A DNA stretch of 64,000 bases from Candidatus Poribacteria bacterium (GTDB taxonomy: Bacteria; Poribacteria; WGA-4E; PCPOR2b), in NCBI GenBank assembly GCA_965116925.1, contig OZ220744.1, forward strand, positions 736,001 through 800,000. The letters run 5' to 3'. A model generated the notes under the pieces. That model was not told where the DNA came from. It saw only the letters and a list, made by a program, of their open reading frames with translations, and made no database searches. A program made the translations under genes and the position numbers. Positions 54,021 through 63,855 of the stretch are shown one piece after another (positions within the stretch are counted from its first letter, which is position 1; every line of letters begins with the position of its first letter).

Positions 54021-55052
54021 TCAGTCACCCTGTTTGAGCCGTCCCCATATTGTAAACTTTTTGCCCGCGGGGGCAACGGCAAAAGTAGGAACAAACCATG
54101 CAGGACCACCATCATTCCTCGGATGATTAGTGAGTTGTTGCGGATTGCCCCCGTCGGCATCCATCACATAGATGTCCCCGTTCCCATTCCTATCAGAGGA
54201 AAAGATAATGCGTTTACCATCCGGTGACCATGAGGTCCCCCCATCATCATCGCGATTTTCAGTGAGTCTTTGTAGATTACCGCCATCGTCGTCCATCACA
54301 TAGATTTCATAATTTAGCCAGTCTCCCTTCCTATCGGATGAGAAGGCAATGCGTTTGCCATCGGGTGACCATGAGGGTGAGGCATCATTCTTGCGGTTTT
54401 CAGTGAGTCTCTGTTCATTACCCCCATCAACGTCCATCACATAAATTTCAGAAGTGGTGATTTCAAAATCGCCTATAAAGTGTCCATCCCTTTCAGAGGA
54501 AAAGACAATGCGTTTACCGTCGGGGGACCATGAGGGATACCTGTCATCAGTGCGATTGTTAGTGAGGTTTTGAGGATTCTCTCCATCGGCATCCATCACG
54601 TAGATTTCAGTAGTGGGGAAACCGTGTATGTCAAGGAACCTATCCCTATCAGACACGAATGCAATCCGTTTGCCGTCCGGTGACCATGAGGGAGAACTGT
54701 CACCAGCGGGATGGTTAGTGAGGTTTTGCGGATTGCCCCCGTCGGCATCCATCACATAGATTTCAAAAGTGGTCCTAACACCGTCCCTACGGACGTGCCC
54801 AGCCCTATCAGACATGAAGGCAATGCGTTTGCCGTCCGGTGACCATGAAGGAGAACTGTCCCAAGCGGGGTTATTGGTGAGGTTTCGCTGGTTTTTCCCA
54901 TCATCGTCCATCAGGTAGATTTCATAGTTCCTATCCCTATCAGACACAAAGGCAATTCGTGCCTGTGCCCCAACGACTACCATCATCAGAGTCAGCCCCA
55001 AGACTATAACGCTAGCTAAAATGAAATGGGCGAGATTATATCTCTGTTGCAT
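54021..55052 (-). CDS. Secreted TolB/PD40 propeller, paralog 5
   Basis: Same architecture; tail FAVAPAGKKFTIWGRLK. Confidence 0.9.
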   Translation of the reverse strand: MQQRYNLAHFILASVIVLGLTLMMVVVGAQARIAFVSDRDRNYEIYLMDDDGKNQRNLTNNPAWDSSPSWSPDGKRIAFMSDRAGHVRRDGVRTTFEIYVMDADGGNPQNLTNHPAGDSSPSWSPDGKRIAFVSDRDRFLDIHGFPTTEIYVMDADGENPQNLTNNRTDDRYPSWSPDGKRIVFSSERDGHFIGDFEITTSEIYVMDVDGGNEQRLTENRKNDASPSWSPDGKRIAFSSDRKGDWLNYEIYVMDDDGGNLQRLTENRDDDGGTSWSPDGKRIIFSSDRNGNGDIYVMDADGGNPQQLTNHPRNDGGPAWFVPTFAVAPAGKKFTIWGRLKQGD

Positions 55053-55359
55053 CCGTTATTCCTCCGCTATTGTCAAATCGGTTTATGTTTCTTTGGAGTG
55101 GATAGAGGTCGGCTTGTGTTGGCAACCCTTTTACAATTATGGTAGATTTTAGAATTAATTAGACACTGTAAACCAGCGAGGTTAGGGACCTTGTACGCGG
55201 AGTTACGGCACACGGAGTGTGCCTACTACTTTGAATGTCTACTTATTTTTAGGATTCACTATAAAAGAGCAATTCGGATTATTATTGTATGAACTCGTCA
55301 TCCCCTCTTTGGCGTTTATGACCCAATCTCAACGAACGCTGTTTTCACGATAATGGCGG

Positions 55360-56319
55360 TTATTGGTCAACCCGTTTGAGCTGTCCCCACATCGTGAGGG
55401 TTTTAGTTGTGGGGGGAACTGAAAGAACAGCGTTATACCATGCAGGTGCTTTCTCGTCCTCGGGGTGATTGGTGATGTTTCGCGGATTTGCCCCATCGGC
55501 GTCCATCACAAAGATGTCCGGATTAAAATCCCTCGTCCGATTCGACACAAAGGCAATCCGTTTACTGTCGGGCGACCATGAGGGTGAATAGTCCCTATCG
55601 GGGTGATTGGTGACGTTTCGCTGATTCCGCCCATCGGCGTCCATTACGTAGATATCTGTGCGAAGAGCCCCAGGTCCAAAGGCATCAAAGGCAATGTGTT
55701 TACCGTTAGGGGACCATGAGGGATTATTGTCATCAGTGTCACTAATGGTAAGGTTTCGCTGATTCTCCCCATCGGCATCCATCACGTAGATTTCTAGGTT
55801 TCCAGCGCGCTCCCTCCTAGAGGTAGCAAAGACAATGTGCCTACCGTCCGGCGACCATGAGGGTGACCTGTCTGTATGGCCCCTATTATTGGTGAGGTTT
55901 AGCCGATTTTCCCCATCGGCATCCATCACGTAGATTTGTCGGTCCCACACAAAGGCAATCTGTTTACCGTCCGGAGACCATGAAGGTTCCTTGTCGTCAA
56001 AGTCATTGTTGGAAAGGTTTCGCTGATTCCCCCCGTTGGCGTCCATCACGTAGATTTGCCGGTTCCCATTCCTATTAGACGAGAAGGCAATCCGTGTGCC
56101 GTCAGGAGACCATGAGGGGTCCCTATCATCACCAGGATTATTAGTGAGATTTCGCTGATTGCCCCCATGGTTGTCCATCACATAGATTTCCCAGTTCCAA
56201 TCCCTATCAGACATGAAGGCAATCCGTGCCTGTGCATCAACGCATACCATCAGCAGTGTCAGCCCTAGCACGACAACGATCGCTAAGATCAAATGTGCGA
56301 GAGTATGTCTCCGTTGCAT
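55360..56319 (-). CDS. Secreted TolB/PD40 propeller, paralog 6
   Basis: Start moved to ATG 56319 (MQRRHT) by comparison with paralogs; tail [17 protein letters not shown]. Confidence 0.9.
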   Translation of the reverse strand: MQRRHTLAHLILAIVVVLGLTLLMVCVDAQARIAFMSDRDWNWEIYVMDNHGGNQRNLTNNPGDDRDPSWSPDGTRIAFSSNRNGNRQIYVMDANGGNQRNLSNNDFDDKEPSWSPDGKQIAFVWDRQIYVMDADGENRLNLTNNRGHTDRSPSWSPDGRHIVFATSRRERAGNLEIYVMDADGENQRNLTISDTDDNNPSWSPNGKHIAFDAFGPGALRTDIYVMDADGRNQRNVTNHPDRDYSPSWSPDSKRIAFVSNRTRDFNPDIFVMDADGANPRNITNHPEDEKAPAWYNAVLSVPPTTKTLTMWGQLKRVDQ

Positions 56320-57003
56320 CTGTCTGTCCTCCTCTGGTCTCAAATCGGTTTATTATTCTTTGGGGGTGATACGGGTCAGCTAGTGTTAGCAATCCCTTTT
56401 CAACTAAAATTATACAACCATTTAAGCAATTTATGCAACGTCGTATCCCAAAACAGGGTATCAAACAGACAAAATCACTATCGGCGCAGTTGGAAACAGC
56501 GCCTACCAAACATGGGGGGCGAAAGTGTCTGTTTATTTTTAGAATTCACTATAATTGGACTCTCCAAATCGGCGCAGTTGGAAACAGCGCCTACCAAACA
56601 TGGGGGGCGAAAGTGTCTGTTTATTTTTAGAATTCACTATGGTAATCGAAACCGAGCGCAGTGCAAAACCTGTCCCCCTACATTTTTCCAATTTCACTTG
56701 CGGATAATTGCAATCCTTGTTATAATCAGTTCATTTCCGGCTTACAATTTTTCTGGATATATGTTTGCAAATCTGTGGTTTTCTGATACGATTTTTTACG
56801 AATTGAATCATAGCAACTATCTCTCTCTGGTTCACAGGGGCATTGTGGATTGGCGATTGACTTATTGACTCATGGGGCGGGGGAACCCCGCCCCTACGAT
56901 TTCGCTTCATATTTTGCACGTTCTCTTTGCGTGAGTCGATCTATTTTGATCTTGCGGCACTAGAAAGCATACGGTATAATGTAGCCACTTTCGGGACAAC
57001 CTA

Positions 57004-57741
57004 ATGCGATACTTTATTTTTAGCGATGTTCATGCAAATCTTGAAGCATTTGATGCTGTCCTATCGGCAGTTGCTGAGGTCCAAGTGGATAGGATTATTT
57101 TTCTCGGTGATATTGTCGGTTACGGTGCCCAACCAAATGAGGTTGTTGACCGATTGAAAGAACTTAAGCCCGATGCCACGGTTCGTGGGAATCACGACAA
57201 AGTTATCGCTGGTATCGAGGATGGCAGCAGTTTCCAAGAACTCGCTCGCGCCAGTGCAATGTGGTCACGGCTTCAGATCCGACCCGATAACAAAGCATAT
57301 CTGCGGTGTATGCCTCAAGGACCGATAACGCTAGAAAAGGAGATTCAGCTATCGCACGGAAGTCCTCATGATGAAGATTTTTATATCGTGAACCGTTGGG
57401 ATGCGCGACCGATCCTGCATCAAAGTGAGAGTTGGATCGTGTTTTATGGGCACACACATCTGCCGATGATCTACTCGACGGAATCGAGATTCTCTCAGTG
57501 TTACCCGGAAGATGATGAATTTTACTACAGACTTTTGGAAGATGAGCAGTATCTAATTAACCCCGGATCCGTTGGGCAGCCACGCGATCTCAATCCCCAA
57601 GCGAGTTATGCTATCCTTGATACGGACGAAAGCATCATTTGCATAAAACGGATTGAATACGACATTCCAGCCGCACAGCGCAAAATTCGCGAAGCTGGAC
57701 TACCTGCATGGCACGCCGACCGATTGGCATCTGGGCGCTAG
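57004..57741 (+). CDS. Calcineurin-like metallophosphoesterase
   Basis: SDVHAN, LGDIVGYG, RGNHD, HGSP, GHTH, NPGSVGQPRD. Confidence 0.93.
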   Translation: MRYFIFSDVHANLEAFDAVLSAVAEVQVDRIIFLGDIVGYGAQPNEVVDRLKELKPDATVRGNHDKVIAGIEDGSSFQELARASAMWSRLQIRPDNKAYLRCMPQGPITLEKEIQLSHGSPHDEDFYIVNRWDARPILHQSESWIVFYGHTHLPMIYSTESRFSQCYPEDDEFYYRLLEDEQYLINPGSVGQPRDLNPQASYAILDTDESIICIKRIEYDIPAAQRKIREAGLPAWHADRLASGR

Positions 57742-57852
57742 TACTCAGTCATATAAGTTTTGCATATCAACAAGGGGGTCGGGTGACCCGACCCCTACGA
57801 AGTATTATGAGTCTCAATCCATATAGACAATCATAATTTGCCTGACAGTGTA
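57742..57852. mobile_element. 111-bp IS701-like MITE at the stop codon
   Basis: CTAG duplication 57738-57741 and 57853-57856. Confidence 0.82.
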
Positions 57853-57855
57853 CTA

Positions 57856-58532
57856 GGACGTGTTGACATTTTGATGTTGCTAATTCGGCAAACGCTGGGA
57901 TCACAATCTAACAGATCGTGGTACAAAGGTCCGAAATAGTTTCTGACGTGCGAGCAAAGGGTTGGGGGACTACGAAGGGTTATGTGTTTGTGCTCCCTTT
58001 GAAGCTGCTGATTCGGCAAACGCTGTAAGCATCAGGCAATCTGCCAAATGTAGCGTCCCGACATGTCGGGATTAGTTTGCAGGGTGGGATCACAATCTAA
58101 CAGATCGTGGTACAAAGGTCCGAAATAGTTTCTGTCGTGCGAGCAAAGGGTTGGGGGACCCAACCCCTACGAAGGGTTATGCGTTTGTGCTCCCTTTGAA
58201 GCTGCTGATTCGGCAAAGGCTGTAAGCATCGGAGTATCTGCCAAGTGTAGGGATCACAATCTAACAGATCGTGGTACAAAGGTCCGAAATGGTCTCTGTC
58301 GTGCGAGCAAAGGGTTGGGGGACCCAACCCCTACGAAGGGTTATGTGTTTGTGCTCCCTTTGAAGCTGCTGATTCGGCAAACGCTGTAAGCATCAGGCAA
58401 TCTGCCAAATGTAGCGTCCCGACATGTCGGGATTAGTTTGCAGGGTGGGATTACAATCTAACAGATCGTGGTACAAAGGTCCGAAATGGTCTCTGTCGTG
58501 CGAACAACGGGCTGTCAAATGTCGACAGAACC
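57856..58532. mobile_element. IS5-like MITE shell with internal fourfold amplification
   Basis: TA-GGACGTGTTGACATTT...AAATGTCGACAGAACC-TA; GAT(C/T)ACAATCTAACAGATCGTGGTACAAAGG at 57899, 58088, 58252, 58449. Confidence 0.8.
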
Positions 58533-58561
58533 TAAGTACTATCCTGAATACCTGAGTTTCA

Positions 58562-59233
58562 ATGACCATCACTCAAACCGATAAAGCTGTCATCATTGCG
58601 AGTCTCACCACCTTTTTGACATTTCTGATAAATGCCAAACTCGGTTCAATTTGGCTGCTTTATTTGAACGTTCTTGTGGTGGTGGGCGTGTTCGGTTATG
58701 CGAGCCGACCGTGGAATCAACTCTCGCATCTTTCACGCTGTGCGATTTTTGGCGTTATTGCATCAATTACCTACATCCCACTGGATTTGTTGTTCTCTAA
58801 ACACGTTGAGCTGCTTTCCTATTTAAGTCGGCGTGATATCCTGATAGCCGCTGTGCCCTTGAGTCTGTTACTCACTTGGATGATTGCCATCACGATAATC
58901 ATCTACATCTATCATCGGCTTAACGAAGTTTGGGAACGCCCCTATATCCCCGCTCTGATTGTCGGCAGCATTGCTTTCGTGGGCAGCACGATTTTCGACC
59001 AGTTCGGTTCTGTGCGCTTATGGAATTGGAACGCGCTCCGCTTTTCCGCTTTCCCCTATATCGGCTCCGTTCCGGTCTGCGTTCCGATAGGGCTTGGGCT
59101 GACCTTTTTGCTTTCTCCGTACTATCTCCGTAGCCACCACATCGTTGTGGGGTCGATACGGTGTGGTCTCTTTATTGGGATTATGCAGTTTCTCTGCTTT
59201 CTGTTGTTTCACTTCATCGGGATATTATATTGA
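58562..59233 (+). CDS. Hypothetical multi-pass membrane protein
   Basis: About seven hydrophobic segments. Confidence 0.7.
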   Translation: MTITQTDKAVIIASLTTFLTFLINAKLGSIWLLYLNVLVVVGVFGYASRPWNQLSHLSRCAIFGVIASITYIPLDLLFSKHVELLSYLSRRDILIAAVPLSLLLTWMIAITIIIYIYHRLNEVWERPYIPALIVGSIAFVGSTIFDQFGSVRLWNWNALRFSAFPYIGSVPVCVPIGLGLTFLLSPYYLRSHHIVVGSIRCGLFIGIMQFLCFLLFHFIGILY

Positions 59234-59478
59234 CGGGAGCCGTTTTCGGATTTGTTGTTAAGATTAAAGGTTTCTACCTTTCGCTCTAGAGGAGCGCAAT
59301 ACATGGGGAGCGCAAGTGTCTATTTATTTTTTGAATTCACTATAATAATCGTTTTTCCGTTCTCACGCTTCAGGTGGATTGGGAAAGGAGTTTCGTAGTA
59401 GGAACGCAGATCCGCGTTCCTACTAGTTACTTAGGTTATTATTGTATTTGTAGCACGTTTGGCGGATAAGGACTCATA

Positions 59479-60012
59479 ATGATTAGATCGACAACAATTC
59501 TTACGGTACGACGTGACAATCAAATCGCCATCGGTGGCGATGGTCAAGTTACTCTCGGAGATACCGCGATTAAACACGGGGCGAAGAAAATTCGTCGTGC
59601 TTATAGCGGTCAGGTGCTATTAGGTTTTGCCGGTTCAGCCGCAGACGCACTCACTCTGTTTGAAAACCTTGAAAAAAAACTGGATCAGTATCGCGGTAAT
59701 CTTCAAAGAGCGGCTGTTGAATTTGCGAGAGATTGGCGGGGCGATCGCGTGCTCCGCCGGACAGAGGCATTGCTAGTCGCGGTAGATGCCGCAAGGGGCT
59801 ATCTCCTCTCTGGAAGCGGCGATGTACTTGAGCCAGATGATGGGGTCTTAGGTATTGGATCCGGTGGATCAATCGCCTTGTCGGCTGCCAGAGCACTCTT
59901 GAAACACTCTGCGCTCACCGCCGAAGATATTGTCAGAGAGGCATTACAGCTAACGAGCGATATTTGTGTGTATACCAATAGCAGTATTGAAATCGAAACG
60001 CTTGAGATTTAA
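59479..60012 (+). CDS. hslV: ATP-dependent protease subunit HslV
   Basis: [33 protein letters not shown]. Confidence 0.97.
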   Translation: MIRSTTILTVRRDNQIAIGGDGQVTLGDTAIKHGAKKIRRAYSGQVLLGFAGSAADALTLFENLEKKLDQYRGNLQRAAVEFARDWRGDRVLRRTEALLVAVDAARGYLLSGSGDVLEPDDGVLGIGSGGSIALSAARALLKHSALTAEDIVREALQLTSDICVYTNSSIEIETLEI

Positions 60013-60062
60013 CTGTAGAATCTTTGCTCCTCAATTACGAATGTAGAAAACGGAGGTACACA

Positions 60063-61559
60063 TTGTCAACACTCAATTCTTCATCGAGCGAAAGAACATT
60101 AGCGGATGCACTGACCCCCAGACAGATTGTTGAAGAACTGGATAAGTATATTATTGGTCAAGCGGAGGCGAAACGTTCGGTCGCTGTCGCGCTCCGGAAC
60201 CGGGCACGTCGGCAGATGCTCGAAGACGACATGCGGGACGAAGTCGCACCGAAAAACATTATCATGATCGGCACAACAGGGGTCGGCAAAACTGAAATAG
60301 CGAGGCGATTGGCGCGTTTGGTGGAAGCCCCATTTATTAAAGTAGAAGCGTCAAAATATACCGAGGTGGGCTATGTTGGGCGTGATGTGGAATCGATGAT
60401 TCGAGATCTGGCAGATCTGGCAGTCAATATGGTGAAGTCTGAACAGGCGGAGATAGTCAAGGAAAAAGCACTTGAGCTCACTGAAGAACGTCTCTTGGAT
60501 TTCCTGATACCGCCACCGCGGCCAAAGATGAGCCCTGAATCTATTGGAAAAAACGTCGAGATCGCGGACGAAGATGAAGAGAGGGAAGCTTCAGACGGGG
60601 TGGATCCATTGGCATTAGCAATGCAGCAGATCGATGCGGCCGAACGACCGGAAGTGAGTGAACAGGAACAGGAAAGATACCTGCGGACGCGGGAAAAATT
60701 TCGTCAACGACTGAGAGATGGAAAACTGGAAGATAAGCCTATCGAAATCAATGTAAGCAACCGAACAGTTCCTTTTGTTGAAATCTTCTCTCCAAGTGGT
60801 ATTGAGGAGATGGATATCAATCTAAAGGATATGTTTGGGAGCATTCTGCCCAAACAGGAGAAAAAACGTCGTGTACCTATCTCCGAAGCGCGTCAGATCC
60901 TTGCACAGGAAGAGGCAGAGAAGCTAATTGATATGGACAACGTCATCAGCGAAGCCGTTGCGCGTGTGGAAAACTCCGGCATCGTCTTTCTGGACGAAAT
61001 CGATAAGATTGCAGGGCGTGAATCGAAGTCGGGACCCGATGTCTCGCGAGAGGGCGTCCAACGCGACATCCTACCGATTATCGAAGGCAGTACGGTGATG
61101 ACCAAGCACGGCATGGTTCGCACGGATCACATCCTTTTCATCGCTTCCGGTGCATTTCATGTCTCCAAGCCATCTGACCTCATTCCAGAATTACAGGGAC
61201 GTTTCCCAATTCGCGTTGAACTGAAAAGCCTGAATGAAGCAGACTTCATACGCATCCTCACCGAACCGAAGAACGCGCTAGAGAAGCAGTATATCGCCAT
61301 GCTGAAAACGGAAGGCATTGATGTGACCATCACCGAAGATGCGATAGATCAGATTGCTGCTTTAGCTTTTCAGGTGAATGAATCGGTAGAAGACATTGGG
61401 GCGCGCCGGCTTCACACTATCATGGAGAAGCTTTTTGACGAACTCTCCTTTAACGCTCCCGACTTGGAGGAGAAGTCAATCACAATCAATGCGGATTACG
61501 TTACCGAGCAGTTATCGGAGATTGTGGAGGACGAGGATATCAGCAAATATATTCTCTGA
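60063..61559 (+). CDS. hslU: ATP-dependent protease ATPase subunit HslU
   Basis: [48 protein letters not shown] 60063 behind GGAGG. Confidence 0.96.
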   Translation: MSTLNSSSSERTLADALTPRQIVEELDKYIIGQAEAKRSVAVALRNRARRQMLEDDMRDEVAPKNIIMIGTTGVGKTEIARRLARLVEAPFIKVEASKYTEVGYVGRDVESMIRDLADLAVNMVKSEQAEIVKEKALELTEERLLDFLIPPPRPKMSPESIGKNVEIADEDEEREASDGVDPLALAMQQIDAAERPEVSEQEQERYLRTREKFRQRLRDGKLEDKPIEINVSNRTVPFVEIFSPSGIEEMDINLKDMFGSILPKQEKKRRVPISEARQILAQEEAEKLIDMDNVISEAVARVENSGIVFLDEIDKIAGRESKSGPDVSREGVQRDILPIIEGSTVMTKHGMVRTDHILFIASGAFHVSKPSDLIPELQGRFPIRVELKSLNEADFIRILTEPKNALEKQYIAMLKTEGIDVTITEDAIDQIAALAFQVNESVEDIGARRLHTIMEKLFDELSFNAPDLEEKSITINADYVTEQLSEIVEDEDISKYIL

Positions 61560-61906
61560 TGCTCATGTTAAGAAAGCGTGCAACAGAAACTATAGTAGAT
61601 TTTAGAATTAATTAGACACCGTGAACGAGCGAGGTCAGGCACCTTGGGCGCGGAGTTACGGCACACGGCGTGTGCTTACTACTATTAATGTCTATTTATA
61701 GTGGATCTTAGAATTAACGAGACACTCCAACTCGGCGCAGTTGGAAACAGCGCCTACCAAACATGGGGGCGAAAGTGTTTATTTATTTTTAGAATTCACT
61801 ATAAGTTTTTGGCGCGGAGAGCGGGGCAAGATGCCCCGCCTACGGTTTCTTTCGGTATTTTGCACTTTCTTTTTACATTAACCTTCTCTGAATCGTTCTC
61901 TGGTGC

Positions 61907-62836
61907 TCATTGGTTATTTGCTGCAGGAACATCTGCCAAGAATTGATGAACCGCTTCCACTGTTGGTAAGCCGCTGCGTCCGCCCAGCTGACGGCAGTTG
62001 ATCGAAGCGACAGCCGAGGCAAACCGGACTATCTCCGTAACGCTCCAATCCTGCAAGACACCGTAGATAAATCCGCCGTGAAACGCGTCTCCTGCGCCGG
62101 TGGTATCTACCACATCAACGGGGAAGGCTGGAAACGTCAGGATCCCCGCTTCCGATTTTGCAACACATCCCCGTTCGCCAAGCGTTACGGCGGCGATGCG
62201 TGCGCCAAAATCGTAAAGTCTTTCTACGATTGCTTCGGGCGGCGCATCGGGCATCCAGCCGTGTGCAAATGCCTCCGATACGATAGGAATATCGACCAAC
62301 GGCAGTAACAGTTCTACCAGTTCTTCGCTGTGCCACGTGCCGTCCAACACCACAGTGACCCCCGCCGCTTTCGCCCACTTTGCCGCTTGGACCGAGGCTT
62401 CATCGGCGTCGTCTAGGTGCAAGACTTTGGCAGATTCAATCTCTTGGCGATCCAGATCTGATACAGCCAAAGGGGTGTTGGTCTCCCGACGGGAGGTGAA
62501 GCAACGCTCGCCCGTCTCCTGATCAACGAGAACCAGAACAGCGCGGGAGAAGACGTTCGGCTCAAGCATAAATCGACTGACATCTACGCCTTCCTTCTCA
62601 AATTCGTCGCGGATGAACACACCTTCGGGATCATCACCGGCTCTTCCAACGAAACGGGTGGAAACACCCAACCGGGCAAGGGTGACGAGTGCCGTTGAGA
62701 CAGGACCACCAGCCTGACGAAGGTATTGAGAAGCACGCCACGATCTCCCGTACGCTGGTGGTTGGGGAACGACAAAGAGCATATCAGCGGTGCATGTGCC
62801 AATTCCGATGACATCTGGAAAGTTGTCTTGATTCAT
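61907..62836 (-). CDS. PfkB family carbohydrate kinase
   Basis: AGGPVSTA...LARLG, VTLGERG, DTTGAGDAF. Confidence 0.93.
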   Translation of the reverse strand: MNQDNFPDVIGIGTCTADMLFVVPQPPAYGRSWRASQYLRQAGGPVSTALVTLARLGVSTRFVGRAGDDPEGVFIRDEFEKEGVDVSRFMLEPNVFSRAVLVLVDQETGERCFTSRRETNTPLAVSDLDRQEIESAKVLHLDDADEASVQAAKWAKAAGVTVVLDGTWHSEELVELLLPLVDIPIVSEAFAHGWMPDAPPEAIVERLYDFGARIAAVTLGERGCVAKSEAGILTFPAFPVDVVDTTGAGDAFHGGFIYGVLQDWSVTEIVRFASAVASINCRQLGGRSGLPTVEAVHQFLADVPAANNQ

Positions 62837-62853
62837 GGGAGGTTCCTGATTGT

Positions 62854-62881
62854 GTAGGGAACGCAGATCTGCGTTCCCTAC
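62854..62881. repeat. Perfect 28-bp palindrome (GTAG REP)
   Basis: GTAGGGAACGCAGATCTGCGTTCCCTAC; same at 28769, variants at 12729 and 59397. Confidence 0.9.
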
Positions 62882-62921
62882 GGAAATCTTTCTGATGAAT
62901 GGGGTAACTTGCCTTGTGATA

Positions 62922-63764
62922 CTATTCCAGCCCCCAAATCTCCGCAGCTGTGCCGCCCAAAATGCGTTCTCGCTGCGTGTCCGTCAAGAACGGCAGGCCT
63001 TCTTGGACAAGCCGCAACTCCTGATCCAGGGTGGGCCAACTGTGTTTAACTCGGTGATGTCCCGGGTATCCTGTCCCCCACACCATCCGCTCGGCTCCAA
63101 AGGCATCTACCAGTTTCTCGATAAACGGATGCACGTCTCTATAAGGGAAATCTTGGCTAGAACGACCGGCAACATCTGATAGTTTCAAACAGATATTGTC
63201 ATACCCGGCAAGATCGACGATTGGCTGAAATTCTGATTCGTCCTCATCGACTTGAGGGTAGCCCATGTGGTCAAGGATCAATTTCAAAGAAGGATGTCGA
63301 TCTGCAATGGCTGCTACCTGATCGGCGAACTCCGCCCGGAGATGAAATTGGATAACTGCGTCTAGTGAGGCAATCTCCTCCCACATCGGTTCATTCTGAC
63401 GGGTCAATAGAATCTTTTCGTCGGGATAATACATCGGATGAAAGCGAAAGCCAGCCAGTCCCCGATCTTTTATCCAGTAGCGCACCTGTTCTGCATTGTT
63501 TGGGTCCTGTGGGTCGATCAATCCGTGCCCGATGAAGCGGTTGGGAAATCGTTCTACGGAATCTGCGATGTAGCCGTTATCCCAAGTGGACCAACTGGTT
63601 TGTACTAACACAGTCCAATCCACACCGTGTACATCCATCTCTGTCAGCAGTTCGTCGGCGGTACCCGGCTCGTCCGGATAGGAATTCCAGGTGGGCGCAG
63701 TTGGACCGACAGGATATTTGGGCGGATCAATCTCCCAAACGTGGACGTGGGTATCAACAATCAT
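62922..63764 (-). CDS. Amidohydrolase_2 family protein
   Basis: IVDTHVHVW, GFRFH, ILDHMGYP, LKLSD, RMVWGTGYP. Confidence 0.9.
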   Translation of the reverse strand: MIVDTHVHVWEIDPPKYPVGPTAPTWNSYPDEPGTADELLTEMDVHGVDWTVLVQTSWSTWDNGYIADSVERFPNRFIGHGLIDPQDPNNAEQVRYWIKDRGLAGFRFHPMYYPDEKILLTRQNEPMWEEIASLDAVIQFHLRAEFADQVAAIADRHPSLKLILDHMGYPQVDEDESEFQPIVDLAGYDNICLKLSDVAGRSSQDFPYRDVHPFIEKLVDAFGAERMVWGTGYPGHHRVKHSWPTLDQELRLVQEGLPFLTDTQRERILGGTAAEIWGLE

Positions 63765-63855
63765 TACACAACTCCCTTCAGTCAGGTGTTGGGTTTCACT
63801 GTATTTTAAGATTTCAAGCAGAATTAACTCCTGAAATCGAATGAGAATTCTTGGT

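Noticed and set aside
49233..56319. Genuine tolB genes or a DGR target array
   Set aside because: No TolB N-terminal domain or tol-pal context; no reverse transcriptase or adenine-specific template/variable pair seen in the window, and loop variation includes indels
57856..58532. CRISPR-like regular repeat
   Set aside because: Intervening sequences are themselves homologous and 164-197 bp apart; it is an amplified MITE interior
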